In this document: one piece after another, positions 27,986-37,242 of the stretch
Layout: each line of letters opens with the position of its first letter
Position numbering within the stretch: position 1 is the first letter of the stretch
Program-made: the position numbers and the translations under genes
Notes under the pieces: generated by a model
The model's database searches: none
Told to the model about the DNA's origin: nothing
The model's input: only the letters and a program-made list of their open reading frames with translations
Source: an uncultured Actinomycetes bacterium
GTDB taxonomy: Bacteria; Actinomycetota; Thermoleophilia; UBA2241
Reading direction: 5' to 3'
Assembly (NCBI GenBank): GCA_963767005.1
Contig: CAVYCN010000012.1
Span: 1-64,000 of the forward strand
DNA length: 64,000 nt

Positions 27986-29590
27986 ATGGCGATCAACGTC
28001 GCGGAGAGCACCGGTACCGCCGCCACCGAACGGCAGTGGTCGGCGAGGGTGAGCGGCGCCATGCTGGCGCGCCTGGCGGCCCGGGCCGCGGTGGCCGCGC
28101 CGACGGCCACCATCCCCATCGAGGCGCCGTTCACCGGCGAGACGCTCGGCGAGGTGCCGGCCGGCACGCCGGCCGACGTCGGCGCGGCCGTCGCCGTCGC
28201 GCGTGCCGCCCAGCGCGTCTGGGCGGCACGGTCGCTCGACGAGCGCGCGGCCGTGCTGCTGCGCTTCCACGACCTGTTCATCGCGAACGCCGCCGAGATC
28301 CTCGACGTCATCCAGCTCGAGACCGGCAAGTCGCGCCATCACGCCTTCGAAGAGGTCGAAGACGTCGCCATCCAGGCGCGCTACTACGCCCACAGCGCCG
28401 CGGACCACCTGCGGCCGCGGCGCCGTCAGGGGGCCCTGCCGATCCTCACGCGCACGACCGAGCTGCACCACCCGCGTGGCGTGATCGGCATCATCGCGCC
28501 CTGGAACTATCCGCTGTCGCTCAGCGTCGGCGACGCGATCCCGGCGCTGCTCGCCGGCAACGCTGTCGTGCTCAAGCCCGACACGCAGACGCCCTACAGT
28601 GCCCTCTGGTCGGCGGCGCTGCTCGCCGAGGCCGGCCTGCCGGCCGGCCTGCTGCAGATCGTGACCGGCCGCGGCTCCGAGCTCGGTACGCCCCTGATCG
28701 ACGCGACCGATTACCTCATGTTCACCGGCTCCAGCGCGACCGGCAAGATCGTGGCCGCGCAGTGCGCGAGGCAGCTCAAGGACTGCTCCATGGAGCTCGG
28801 CGGCAAGAACCCCCTTCTGGTGCTGCCCGACGCCCGCCTCGGCGCCGCCGTGCGTGGTGCCACGCGCGGCATCTGCGCGAACGGCGGCCAGCTCTGCATC
28901 AGCATCGAGCGCGTGTACGTGCACACCGACCTCTACGACGCCTTCGTGCCGCGCTTGGCCGAGGCGCTGCGCGCCGTGTCGCTCGGGCCCGGCCTCGACT
29001 TCTCGGTCGACATGGGCTCGCTCACGAGCGCCGACCAGCTCGCCAAGATCTCCGGCCACGTCGACGACGCCGTGGGCAAGGGCGCCGAGGTGCTGGCCGG
29101 CGGCCGGCCGCGCCCCGACCTCGGCCCCTACTTCTACGAGCCGACGCTGCTCGCCGGCGTGACCGAGGACATGGCGCTGTGTCGCGAGGAGACCTTCGGG
29201 CCGGTCGCCGCCGTCTACCGCTGCGACACGGTCGACGAGATGGTCGCGCGCGCCAACGACACGACCTACGGCTTGAACGCGAGCGTCTGGACGGCGTCCG
29301 CCCGCACCGGCCGCCAGGTGGCGGCCCGCCTCGAGGCCGGCACGGTCAACGTCAACGAGGCCTACGCGGCCGCCTGGGCTTCGGCCGGCGCGCCGATGGG
29401 TGGCTTCAAGGAATCGGGCATGGGCCGACGCCACGGCGCCCAGGGCATCGTCAAGTACACCGAGGCCCAGACGGTGGCCGAGGAACGGCTCATGGCGATC
29501 GACACGCCGCCGCTTGTCAGGCACGAGCAGTACGCGGCGTTCATGACCTTCGCGCTGCGCGTGCTGCGATACCTGCCCGGCGTCGACTAG
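27986..29590 (+). CDS. NAD(P)-dependent aldehyde dehydrogenase (SSADH-like)
   Basis: PWNYP, FTGS, MELGGKN, GQLCISIE, EETFGP; AAGGAGG RBS. Confidence 0.95.
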   Translation: MAINVAESTGTAATERQWSARVSGAMLARLAARAAVAAPTATIPIEAPFTGETLGEVPAGTPADVGAAVAVARAAQRVWAARSLDERAAVLLRFHDLFIANAAEILDVIQLETGKSRHHAFEEVEDVAIQARYYAHSAADHLRPRRRQGALPILTRTTELHHPRGVIGIIAPWNYPLSLSVGDAIPALLAGNAVVLKPDTQTPYSALWSAALLAEAGLPAGLLQIVTGRGSELGTPLIDATDYLMFTGSSATGKIVAAQCARQLKDCSMELGGKNPLLVLPDARLGAAVRGATRGICANGGQLCISIERVYVHTDLYDAFVPRLAEALRAVSLGPGLDFSVDMGSLTSADQLAKISGHVDDAVGKGAEVLAGGRPRPDLGPYFYEPTLLAGVTEDMALCREETFGPVAAVYRCDTVDEMVARANDTTYGLNASVWTASARTGRQVAARLEAGTVNVNEAYAAAWASAGAPMGGFKESGMGRRHGAQGIVKYTEAQTVAEERLMAIDTPPLVRHEQYAAFMTFALRVLRYLPGVD

Positions 29591-29621
29591 CAGAGGCCAC
29601 GTCCGACACGAGGGGGGCATC

Positions 29622-30461
29622 GTGACGACCATCGCCAGCAAGCACGTGCTCGTCACCGGCGGCGCATCCGGACTGGGGCGCGGCGTGGCGCTGCGCTGCG
29701 CCGCGCTCGGGGCCGCCGTGAGCGTGCTCGACATCGACGAGACCGGCGCCCAGGCGACCGCGGCGGCGGCGGTCGTCGCCGGGGCCGGCCGCTCCGAGGG
29801 CTACGGCTGCGACGTCGGCGACCGCGGGCAGGTGGCGGCGGTCGCCGAGCGCGTGCGGACCACAGCCGGCGCCGTCGACATCCTCGTCAACAACGCTGGG
29901 GTGGTAAGCGGCCGCCGGCTGCTCGACCTCTCCGACGAGCAGATCGAGCGCACGTTTCGCGTGAACACCCTCGCGCTCTTCTGGGCGACCCGGGCTTTCC
30001 TGCCGGACATGGTCGCGCACGGCGCCGGCCACGTCGTGGTCGTGGCCTCGGCGGCCGGCCTCATCGCGACCCCGCGCGAGACCGACTACGCGGCGAGCAA
30101 GTTCGCCGCGGTCGGCTTCGCCGAGGCGCTGCGCCTCGAGCTGCGCGACCAGGCGCCGGGCGTGAAGGTCACCACGATCTGTCCCTTCTACATCGACACC
30201 GGCATGTTCGACGGCGTGAAGACGCGCTTCCGGCGCCTGCTGCCCATCCTGCGCGAGGACGACGTGGTGGCGGCCATCGTCGCCGCGGTGCAGCACGACC
30301 GGCCGATGGTGCAGCTGCCCTGGATGGTGCGTACGCTGCCGGCCATTCGGCTCCTGCCGGTCGGGGCGTTCGACCGTCTGGCGGCGGCCTTCGGTCTCAC
30401 CGTGGCGATGGACGAGTTCCGCGGCCGCGACGCCGGCGGCGGCGACCGGAGCGCCGGCTAG
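29622..30461 (+). CDS. classical short-chain dehydrogenase (retinol/17beta-HSD-XI-like)
   Basis: TGGASGLG, NNAG, YAASK, CPFYIDTGMF. Confidence 0.92.
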   Translation: MTTIASKHVLVTGGASGLGRGVALRCAALGAAVSVLDIDETGAQATAAAAVVAGAGRSEGYGCDVGDRGQVAAVAERVRTTAGAVDILVNNAGVVSGRRLLDLSDEQIERTFRVNTLALFWATRAFLPDMVAHGAGHVVVVASAAGLIATPRETDYAASKFAAVGFAEALRLELRDQAPGVKVTTICPFYIDTGMFDGVKTRFRRLLPILREDDVVAAIVAAVQHDRPMVQLPWMVRTLPAIRLLPVGAFDRLAAAFGLTVAMDEFRGRDAGGGDRSAG

Positions 30462-32149
30462 CCGGCCGGCCGGTCCGACGCGTCGCGTGCCGCGACGGAG
30501 GGTGCCGGCCGCGAGCCGTCGCCGGCCGCAAGCGTCGCCGGCGGCTGGGCGTCGCGATTGAGACGACGGTAGAGCCGACGCAGCCGTTTGTGCAGCTCGA
30601 CGAAGGCGGCGAAGCGCTCGTCGTAGATCGCGTGCTCCGCCGCCCCCGGCTCGAAGACCTGGTCGATGCCCACGAGGCCGGGCACGTCGCGGAACTCGAT
30701 CTCGCCGAGGCCGACGGCCGCGATCCAGGCGGCGCCGCGGGCGTTCGCCTGGATCGCGTCGCGCACCTGGCGCACCTCGACCCCGAGCACGTCGGCGAAG
30801 ATCCGGCTCCAGACGGCCGACTGGCCGCCGCCGCCGACCAGGTTGATGGCGCGCACCGGCCGGCCCAGGAACTTCTCGACCGGGGCCAGCAGCCAGCGCG
30901 TGTTCAGCGCGACGCCCTCGAAGAAGGCGCGCACGATATCCTCGCGCGTGGTGTCGAGCGAGATGTTGTGCAGGCCGGCACGCAGCGCGCGGTCGTCGAC
31001 CGGCGCCCGCTCGCCCCAGATCCAGGGCGTGTAGATGAGGCCGTTGCTGCCGGCCGGCACCCGGGCCGCCATGCGGTCAAAGATCTTGAAGACGTCGGGC
31101 ACGGCCTCCTGCGAGAGCAGCTCGTCGTGGTGATAGAGCACGTTGTCGCGCAGGAACGTGAGGTTACCGCCGGCCGTCGACTGCATCGCCGTCAGCAGCC
31201 AGCGGCCGGGCACGGCACAGGGCACCGAGGCGATGCCGGTGAGCACGTCGGTCTTCTTGAACGGCACGTGGGCGGCCAGCCACGACGACGTGCCGATGTA
31301 CAGGTGCGTGGCGAAGTCGTCGACCGCGCCCGAGCCGATCGCGGCGGCGGTGTTGTCGATCGCGCCGGCGACCACCGGCGTGGTCGCCGGCAGCCCGAGC
31401 GCCGCCGCCGCCTCGGCGGTGAGCGGGCCGAGCACGTCGGTGCAGGGCACGATCTCGGGCAGCTTGTCGGCGGCGATGCCGCAACCGCGCACGAGGCGCT
31501 CGTCGTAGCGGATACGGCCGGGTCGGCGGTTGTCGGTCACCCACGAGGTGAGGATCGAGTCGTGCGTCGCCACGAAGCGTCCGGTCAGCCGCAGGTTGAG
31601 GTAGTCGAGTACGTTCAGGAACTTGAACGTGCGCTCGTAGACCTTGGGGAACGCGTCGCGTACGAGCAGCATGTGGGCGGCAGGGTCCTTGCCGGTGGGC
31701 GACGGCATGCCGCCGGTCAGGCGGATCCAGCGGCGGATGCGCGGCAGGCTCAGGCCCGAGTAGTTGACGAGACCGCGGAACTGGCGAGCGAGCGCCGGCG
31801 CGCCGCGCATGTCTTGCCAGAGGACGGCGTTCATCAGCGGTCGCCCCGCGGCGTCGACGGGCACCGTGCCCTCGCCCTGGGTGGAGCAGCAGACGGCGAC
31901 GACCTCGCGGGCGGCGGCCGGGCGGCTGCGCAGCAGCCGCCCGGCCGCCGCCACAAGACCGTTCCACCAGTCGTCGGGGCGCTGCTCCGCCCCGCCGCCG
32001 GGCAGCACGTGGAGCGCCAGCGGCTCGCTCTCCCAGCCGGCCACGCGGCCGTCGATCGCGATCAGCGCGACCTTCACGCCGGACGTACCGAGATCGACGG
32101 CCAGGACATGCCTGGCGGCCGCCTCGTCGGACCGAAACGCCTGACTCAC
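30458..32149 (-). CDS. FGGY-family carbohydrate kinase 2
   Basis: LAVDLGTSGVK, WQDMRG, IDNTAA, IGTSSW, PWIWGERAP, FEGVA, GGGGQS; GTG after GGGAGG. Confidence 0.93.
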   Translation of the reverse strand: MSQAFRSDEAAARHVLAVDLGTSGVKVALIAIDGRVAGWESEPLALHVLPGGGAEQRPDDWWNGLVAAAGRLLRSRPAAAREVVAVCCSTQGEGTVPVDAAGRPLMNAVLWQDMRGAPALARQFRGLVNYSGLSLPRIRRWIRLTGGMPSPTGKDPAAHMLLVRDAFPKVYERTFKFLNVLDYLNLRLTGRFVATHDSILTSWVTDNRRPGRIRYDERLVRGCGIAADKLPEIVPCTDVLGPLTAEAAAALGLPATTPVVAGAIDNTAAAIGSGAVDDFATHLYIGTSSWLAAHVPFKKTDVLTGIASVPCAVPGRWLLTAMQSTAGGNLTFLRDNVLYHHDELLSQEAVPDVFKIFDRMAARVPAGSNGLIYTPWIWGERAPVDDRALRAGLHNISLDTTREDIVRAFFEGVALNTRWLLAPVEKFLGRPVRAINLVGGGGQSAVWSRIFADVLGVEVRQVRDAIQANARGAAWIAAVGLGEIEFRDVPGLVGIDQVFEPGAAEHAIYDERFAAFVELHKRLRRLYRRLNRDAQPPATLAAGDGSRPAPSVAARDASDRPAG

Positions 32150-32289
32150 CCCGACCTCCCTGCCGTGCCCCCGGGACCGGGTTCGTGCGCGGAAGCATAC
32201 ACCGCGTGCCGACGCGTGGCCGCCCGCCGCCGGCCGGCGCCGATGTAGCATCGCGCCACGGACCAGCGGACGGAAACGACGGAGGGGCG

Positions 32290-33063
32290 ATGGATGCGAC
32301 CAACCCGGTGATCGACCTGCTCGAGCGACGCTGCTCGACGCGCTCTTACGCGCCGGCGCCGATCACGGCCGACGAGCACGCCGTCATCCTGCACGCGGCG
32401 ATGCGAGCGCCCACCGCCGGCAACCTGATGCTCTACTCGATCATCGAGGTCGACGACCCGACCCTGAAGGCGCGCCTGGCCGAGACCTGCGACGACCAGC
32501 CCTTCATCGCGCGCGCGCCGCTCGTCCTCGTGTTCGTGGCCGACCTGCAGAAGTGGGTCGACCTGTTCGCGGCGGCCGGCTGCGACCGGCTCGAGGACCT
32601 GCCGCCTAAGTCGGCGCCCCGCATGGGCGACTTCGTCCTGGCCTGCTGCGACGCCCTGATCGCGGCCCAGAACGCGGTCGTCGCGGCCGAGTCGCTGGGC
32701 ATCGGCTCGTGCTACATCGGCGACATCGTCGAGCGCGCCGAGACCCACGCCGAGCTGCTGCGACTGCCGCGCTACACGTTCCCCGTCACGATGCTCTGCT
32801 TCGGCCGCCCGAAAGGCACACTGCACAGGACCGAGCGATACGAGCGGCACGTCGTCCAGCGCGACGGCTACCACCGCCTGACCGCGGCCGAGCTCGAGCA
32901 GGCGTCGCGCGACCTGGACGGGCTCTACGGCGCGCACGGCTTCGGCGGCCGCGCCGGCTACGTCCAGGAGATCTTCGCGCGCAAGTTCGCGACCGACTTC
33001 TCGCTCGAGGCCGACCGCTCGGTCGCCTGGTGGCTCGAACGCTGGCGCAGCGGCGCCGAGTGA
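32290..33063 (+). CDS. nitroreductase/flavin reductase (NfsA/NfrA-like)
   Basis: RCSTRSY, APTAGNL, AAQNAVVAAESLGIGSCYIG, FGRP. Confidence 0.9.
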   Translation: MDATNPVIDLLERRCSTRSYAPAPITADEHAVILHAAMRAPTAGNLMLYSIIEVDDPTLKARLAETCDDQPFIARAPLVLVFVADLQKWVDLFAAAGCDRLEDLPPKSAPRMGDFVLACCDALIAAQNAVVAAESLGIGSCYIGDIVERAETHAELLRLPRYTFPVTMLCFGRPKGTLHRTERYERHVVQRDGYHRLTAAELEQASRDLDGLYGAHGFGGRAGYVQEIFARKFATDFSLEADRSVAWWLERWRSGAE

Positions 33064-33094
33064 GGCGCGCGGCGTGACGAGGGCGGCGTGACGA

Positions 33095-33130
33095 GGGCGG
33101 CGGGCGGGCCGCAAGGCCCGCCCGCCGCCC
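33095..33130. terminator. 16-bp hairpin with GCAA loop between convergent genes, preceded by a 14-bp tandem repeat
   Basis: GGGCGGCGGGCGGGCC-GCAA-GGCCCGCCCGCCGCCC. Confidence 0.7.
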
Positions 33131-33157
33131 CCACGCCAGCCTCGGGCAGTCTGTCCG

Positions 33158-34927
33158 CTACCGCGGCGCCAGTCGCAGCGCCGAACCGGGCTCCCCCGGG
33201 TAGGTGCGCAGACGCAGGTCGCGCACCGGCGCGCGCACCGCGTCCGAGGCGGCGTCGTCGGGCATCGTCTCGGCCTTCGTCTCGGCCGTCAGACGGTCGC
33301 GGTAGTGGGCGACCTCGCGCGCCACGGCCGCGTCGTCCCAGCCCAGGACGCGGGCCATGAGCCGCGCCACCGCCTCGACTGAGCCGTCGCCCCTGTCGGG
33401 GAGCTCGAAGGAGATGTGCGTGCGCCGGGTGAGGAAGTCGTCGACGTGCAGCGCGCCTTCGTGCGAGGCCGCATAGACGGCCTCGACCGACAGGTACTCG
33501 GGGGCGCCCGGCAACGGCGCGGCGAGGCCGCGGTCGGCCGCGACCAGTTCGAGCACCTCGAGGGCGATCGAGCCCCAGCGTTGCACCAGACGCTCGCGCT
33601 GCGCCGGTGTGAGGGCGGCCGCGCCGGGATGGGCGGCGACCCGCGAGCGCGTGACCGACAGACCGACGGCGCCGATCAAGGGCACGTCGGCAGTGCGGCT
33701 GGCCTCGACCGGGAACGGCAGCTCGCACGCGGCCGCGTCGACCGTGTCGCTCGCCATCACGCGGTAGGTGGTGTACTTGCCGCCGGCCACGCTCACGAAG
33801 CCTGGCGCGTCACGCCGCACCTCGTGGTTACGCGACACCTTGGTCGTGTCCTTGCCGCCGGCGCTCACGAGCGGACGCAGGCCGGAGTAGACGCCCACGA
33901 CGTCGTCGCGGGTGAGCGGCTGGGCGAGCACGGTGTTGACCTGTTCGAGCAGGTAGTCGATGTCGTGAGTGTTGGCGGCGGGGTGGTCGAGGTCGTGGGT
34001 CCAGTCGGTGTCGGTCGTGCCGATGATCCAGTGCCCGTTCCAGGGCAGCACGAACAGCACGCTCTTGGGGGTCGGCAGGATGAGGGCGTAGTCCGACTCG
34101 ATGCAGGCGCGCGGCACGACCAGGTGGATGCCCTTGGACGGCCGCACCGTGAAGCCGGGACGCTCGACGCCCGCCAGACTCTCGATCTCCGACGTCCACA
34201 CGCCGGTCGCGCTCACCACGACGCGCGCGCACACGTCGACCTCGCGGCCCGACTCCATGTCGGCCACGCGCGCGCCGACGACCCGCTCGCCCTCGCGCAG
34301 GACGCGCGTCACCCGCACGCCGGCCGCAGCGACCGCCCCGTGGTCCAGGGCGGTGCGCAGGACCGCGACGAGAAAGCGCGAGTCGTCCATCTGGGCGTCG
34401 TAGTAGCGGATGCCGCCGCTGAAGGCGTCCGCGCGCAGCGCCGGCACGTGGCGCAGACACGACGAGCGGGTGAGGTGCCGGTGACGGGGCACCGCCGGAT
34501 GCAGCCCGGCGAGTGTGTCGTACAGCGCCAGGCCGGCGCCCATGTAGAAGCGGTCGAAGACCGCGCGCTTGAGGGGGAACAGGAACGGCGTGGCGTGCAC
34601 GAGATGCGGCGCGATCTTCTCGAGCAGCAGCCGCCGTTCGTGCAGGGCCTCGCGCACCAGCGCGAGGTCGAGGTTCTCGAGGTAGCGCAGGCCGCCGTGG
34701 ATCAGCTTGCTCGACCGGCTCGACGTGCCGGCCCCGAAGTCGCGCTTCTCGACGAGGGCGACGGTGAGACCGCGGCTGGCCGCGTCGAGCGCGATGCCGC
34801 AGCCGGTCACGCCGCCGCCGATCACGAGGACATCGAACGTCTCCGCCGCGAAGCGCTCGAGCGCGTGTCGCCGCGCGTCGGGTCCGAGCGCCGTGTTCGT
34901 CTCGCCTGCCACCTCGTACCTCCTCAT
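33158..34927 (-). CDS. FAD-dependent glycerol-3-phosphate dehydrogenase/oxidase family (GlpD-like; substrate unproven)
   Basis: GGGVTG, GTSSRSSKLIHGGLRYL, DAQMDD, KGIH, SGLRPL, SRNH, GGKYTTYR. Confidence 0.92.
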   Translation of the reverse strand: MRRYEVAGETNTALGPDARRHALERFAAETFDVLVIGGGVTGCGIALDAASRGLTVALVEKRDFGAGTSSRSSKLIHGGLRYLENLDLALVREALHERRLLLEKIAPHLVHATPFLFPLKRAVFDRFYMGAGLALYDTLAGLHPAVPRHRHLTRSSCLRHVPALRADAFSGGIRYYDAQMDDSRFLVAVLRTALDHGAVAAAGVRVTRVLREGERVVGARVADMESGREVDVCARVVVSATGVWTSEIESLAGVERPGFTVRPSKGIHLVVPRACIESDYALILPTPKSVLFVLPWNGHWIIGTTDTDWTHDLDHPAANTHDIDYLLEQVNTVLAQPLTRDDVVGVYSGLRPLVSAGGKDTTKVSRNHEVRRDAPGFVSVAGGKYTTYRVMASDTVDAAACELPFPVEASRTADVPLIGAVGLSVTRSRVAAHPGAAALTPAQRERLVQRWGSIALEVLELVAADRGLAAPLPGAPEYLSVEAVYAASHEGALHVDDFLTRRTHISFELPDRGDGSVEAVARLMARVLGWDDAAVAREVAHYRDRLTAETKAETMPDDAASDAVRAPVRDLRLRTYPGEPGSALRLAPR

Positions 34928-34948
34928 CTCACCGCACCCGGCGGCCTC

Positions 34949-35713
34949 TCACTGTCGCTCCTCGCCGGCCGGCGCGTCGTGCACGCGGTTCACGCTGAGC
35001 ACGAAGACGTCGGGCACGTGCCACTCGGACGAGAGCATCACCGGCTGCCCGGCCTCGTCGACGTGGACCTGCTCGATCTGCTGCAGAGGCGCGCCCACCG
35101 GTACGTGCAGCAGTCGGGCGAGACGGTCGTCCGCCACGACGGGCCGCAGGGTGGCGAGCGCGCTGCGGACTTCGACGCCGACGCTCGCCAGGAGCTCGTA
35201 GAGCGACGGGTCGACGACGGCCTCGGCGGCGGCGCCCAGCAAGGCGGCCGGGATGCGGTCACGGGAGTACACGACGGGCCGGCCGTCGGCCGTACGGATG
35301 CGTTCGACGAACAGCACGGGCGCGCGCGGCGCGAGCGCGAGCTGCTCCGCCTCTTCGGCCGTGGCCGGCCGCGTCTGCCGGCGGATCAGCGTGCGGCCGG
35401 GCTCGAGGCCGGCCTCGCGGATCATGGCCGTGTAACTCAGGTTGGCGTTCAGCGTGTGACGCCGGCGAGGGCCCGCCGTGACGAAGGTGCCCTTGCCGTG
35501 CTGCCGCAGAAGATAGCCGCCGTCGACGAGGCCGCGCACGGCCTCGCGGATCGTCGCCCTGCTGCACTCGAACCGCTCGGCGAGCTCGGCTTCGTTGGGG
35601 AGCTGGTCGCCCGCCACGTACACGTTCGAGAACAGGTCACCGAGCAGGGCGTCGCGGACGCCGTCGACGAGCGTGCGCCGGCCACCGCGGCGCCGGGAGC
35701 GCGGGTCAGGCAT
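34949..35713 (-). CDS. GntR family regulator, HutC/UTRA type
   Basis: LPNEAELAERFECSRATIREA, GKGTFV, RIRTADGRP. Confidence 0.93.
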   Translation of the reverse strand: MPDPRSRRRGGRRTLVDGVRDALLGDLFSNVYVAGDQLPNEAELAERFECSRATIREAVRGLVDGGYLLRQHGKGTFVTAGPRRRHTLNANLSYTAMIREAGLEPGRTLIRRQTRPATAEEAEQLALAPRAPVLFVERIRTADGRPVVYSRDRIPAALLGAAAEAVVDPSLYELLASVGVEVRSALATLRPVVADDRLARLLHVPVGAPLQQIEQVHVDEAGQPVMLSSEWHVPDVFVLSVNRVHDAPAGEERQ

Positions 35714-36392
35714 GGCCGTCCCCCGCGTCGGCCGCTATGCGCAGCACGGCGGCCACCTGCGCCCCGAGATCGGGACCGCCGGGCAGGCGCCCCTCGAAGA
35801 TGGCGCCACCGATCGTGAAGCCCCAGGCGCCGGCGCCGGCCACCAGGCGGATCTGCTCGGCGGTGGCGATCGAGCCGGCCACGACGACCGGGCCGGCCGC
35901 GGCCTCGACCACCGCCCGGGTCAGCGCGATCGGGTCTTCGTCGGGGTGCCGGTAGGCGAGCAGGTCGAGCCCGTAGACGCCGTCGCGCGCCGTCATGTTA
36001 CGGGCGTCGGTCGCGATCTCAGCGGCGCTGCCGAGCAGCACGCTCGGATGTCCCTCGATGCGGCCGGGGAATGGGCAGTACCTGATGCCGCTGCCGCCGA
36101 GGATGCGCAGGCCATCGTCGACGCTGGTGCCGCCCATCACCCAGTCGACGCCGACGGCGCGACCGGTCTCGAGCGAGACGATCTCGGCCGCGCGCGAGGT
36201 CGACACCACCTCGAGGAAGACCTCGAGCCCGTCGGCATGGGCCTTCTCGGCGACGGCGGCGAGCTCGTCGGACGTCGCCCCGATGTCCTTGAAGCCCACG
36301 TAGCGCAGCCCCGTGCCACGCAGGCTCTCGTACACGTGGGCCGCCTCGGCCACCGTCGTGTCGTTGTGGGTCAGCATGAAGATGAACTCCAC
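35706..36392 (-). CDS. hypothetical TIM-barrel-like enzyme, probably phosphate-binding
   Basis: FIFMLTHND, GFKDIG, FLEVV, PFPG, DLLAYR, VVAGSI, FTIGGA (C-terminal phosphate-binding-like motif). Confidence 0.7.
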   Translation of the reverse strand: MEFIFMLTHNDTTVAEAAHVYESLRGTGLRYVGFKDIGATSDELAAVAEKAHADGLEVFLEVVSTSRAAEIVSLETGRAVGVDWVMGGTSVDDGLRILGGSGIRYCPFPGRIEGHPSVLLGSAAEIATDARNMTARDGVYGLDLLAYRHPDEDPIALTRAVVEAAAGPVVVAGSIATAEQIRLVAGAGAWGFTIGGAIFEGRLPGGPDLGAQVAAVLRIAADAGDGHA

Positions 36393-36396
36393 GGCG

Positions 36397-37242
36397 CTAC
36401 CTCCTGGCAGGAGACTGTTCCGGCGGCAGCAGCTCGCCGAGTCCGTCGATCACGAAGTCGGGTGACACGTCGCCGGCCTGCAGGTCGGCGAGCGTGGTGG
36501 CACCGGTCAGGACGAGCACGCCCGTCATGCCGAGCGAGTGCGCCATGGCGACGTCGGTGAGCAGGCGGTCGCCCACCACGGCCACCTCGGAGGCGGCCAG
36601 GCCGAGCCGCTCCTCGAGGGCGCGCGCCATGTGCACGCTCGGCTTGCCGACGACCGCCTCGGCCCGCGCCCCCGTGCAGGCCTCGATCGCGGCCAGCATG
36701 GCGGCGCAGTCGGGCAGGCCGCCGTCGGGGGTGGGGCAGTACGGGTCGGGGTTCGTGGCGACGATCGTCGCGCCGTGGTGCCTGACCGCCCGGTAGGCGG
36801 CATTCAGCTTGGCGTAGTCGAAGGTGCGATCGAAGGACACGACGACGACCTCGCTCAGCGCCGGGTCCGCCGTGACCGCAAAGCCGGCAGCGGCGAGCTC
36901 GTCGCGCGTCGAGTCCTCGGTCACGCAGAGCAGCCGGGCGGCGGGGTGCTCGCGGTGCAGGTAGCCCACGAGCGAGTCGACCGACGTGACGACGTCGGCG
37001 CGCCTGGCCGGCACGCCGAGCCGCTCGAGCTTGGCGGCGTAGGCGTCGCCCGGCTCGAGCGGCTTGTTGGTGACGAACACGATGCGCGCGCCGGCCCGCC
37101 GCAGGCCGGCGATCGTCTCACGGGCGCCGGGCAGCAGGGCGTCGCCCAGATACACGGTCCCGTCGAGGTCGAAGACGTAGCCGGGAAAGACGCGGTCGGG
37201 CCGCCGGTCCCTGCCGGCCGACGTGTCGGCCCCGGCGCTCAC
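36397..37242 (-). CDS. HAD-IIA family phosphatase (NagD/AraL-like)
   Basis: FDLDGTVY, FVTN, ATNPD, GKP, VGDRLLTDV, LVLTG. Confidence 0.93.
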   Translation of the reverse strand: MSAGADTSAGRDRRPDRVFPGYVFDLDGTVYLGDALLPGARETIAGLRRAGARIVFVTNKPLEPGDAYAAKLERLGVPARRADVVTSVDSLVGYLHREHPAARLLCVTEDSTRDELAAAGFAVTADPALSEVVVVSFDRTFDYAKLNAAYRAVRHHGATIVATNPDPYCPTPDGGLPDCAAMLAAIEACTGARAEAVVGKPSVHMARALEERLGLAASEVAVVGDRLLTDVAMAHSLGMTGVLVLTGATTLADLQAGDVSPDFVIDGLGELLPPEQSPARR

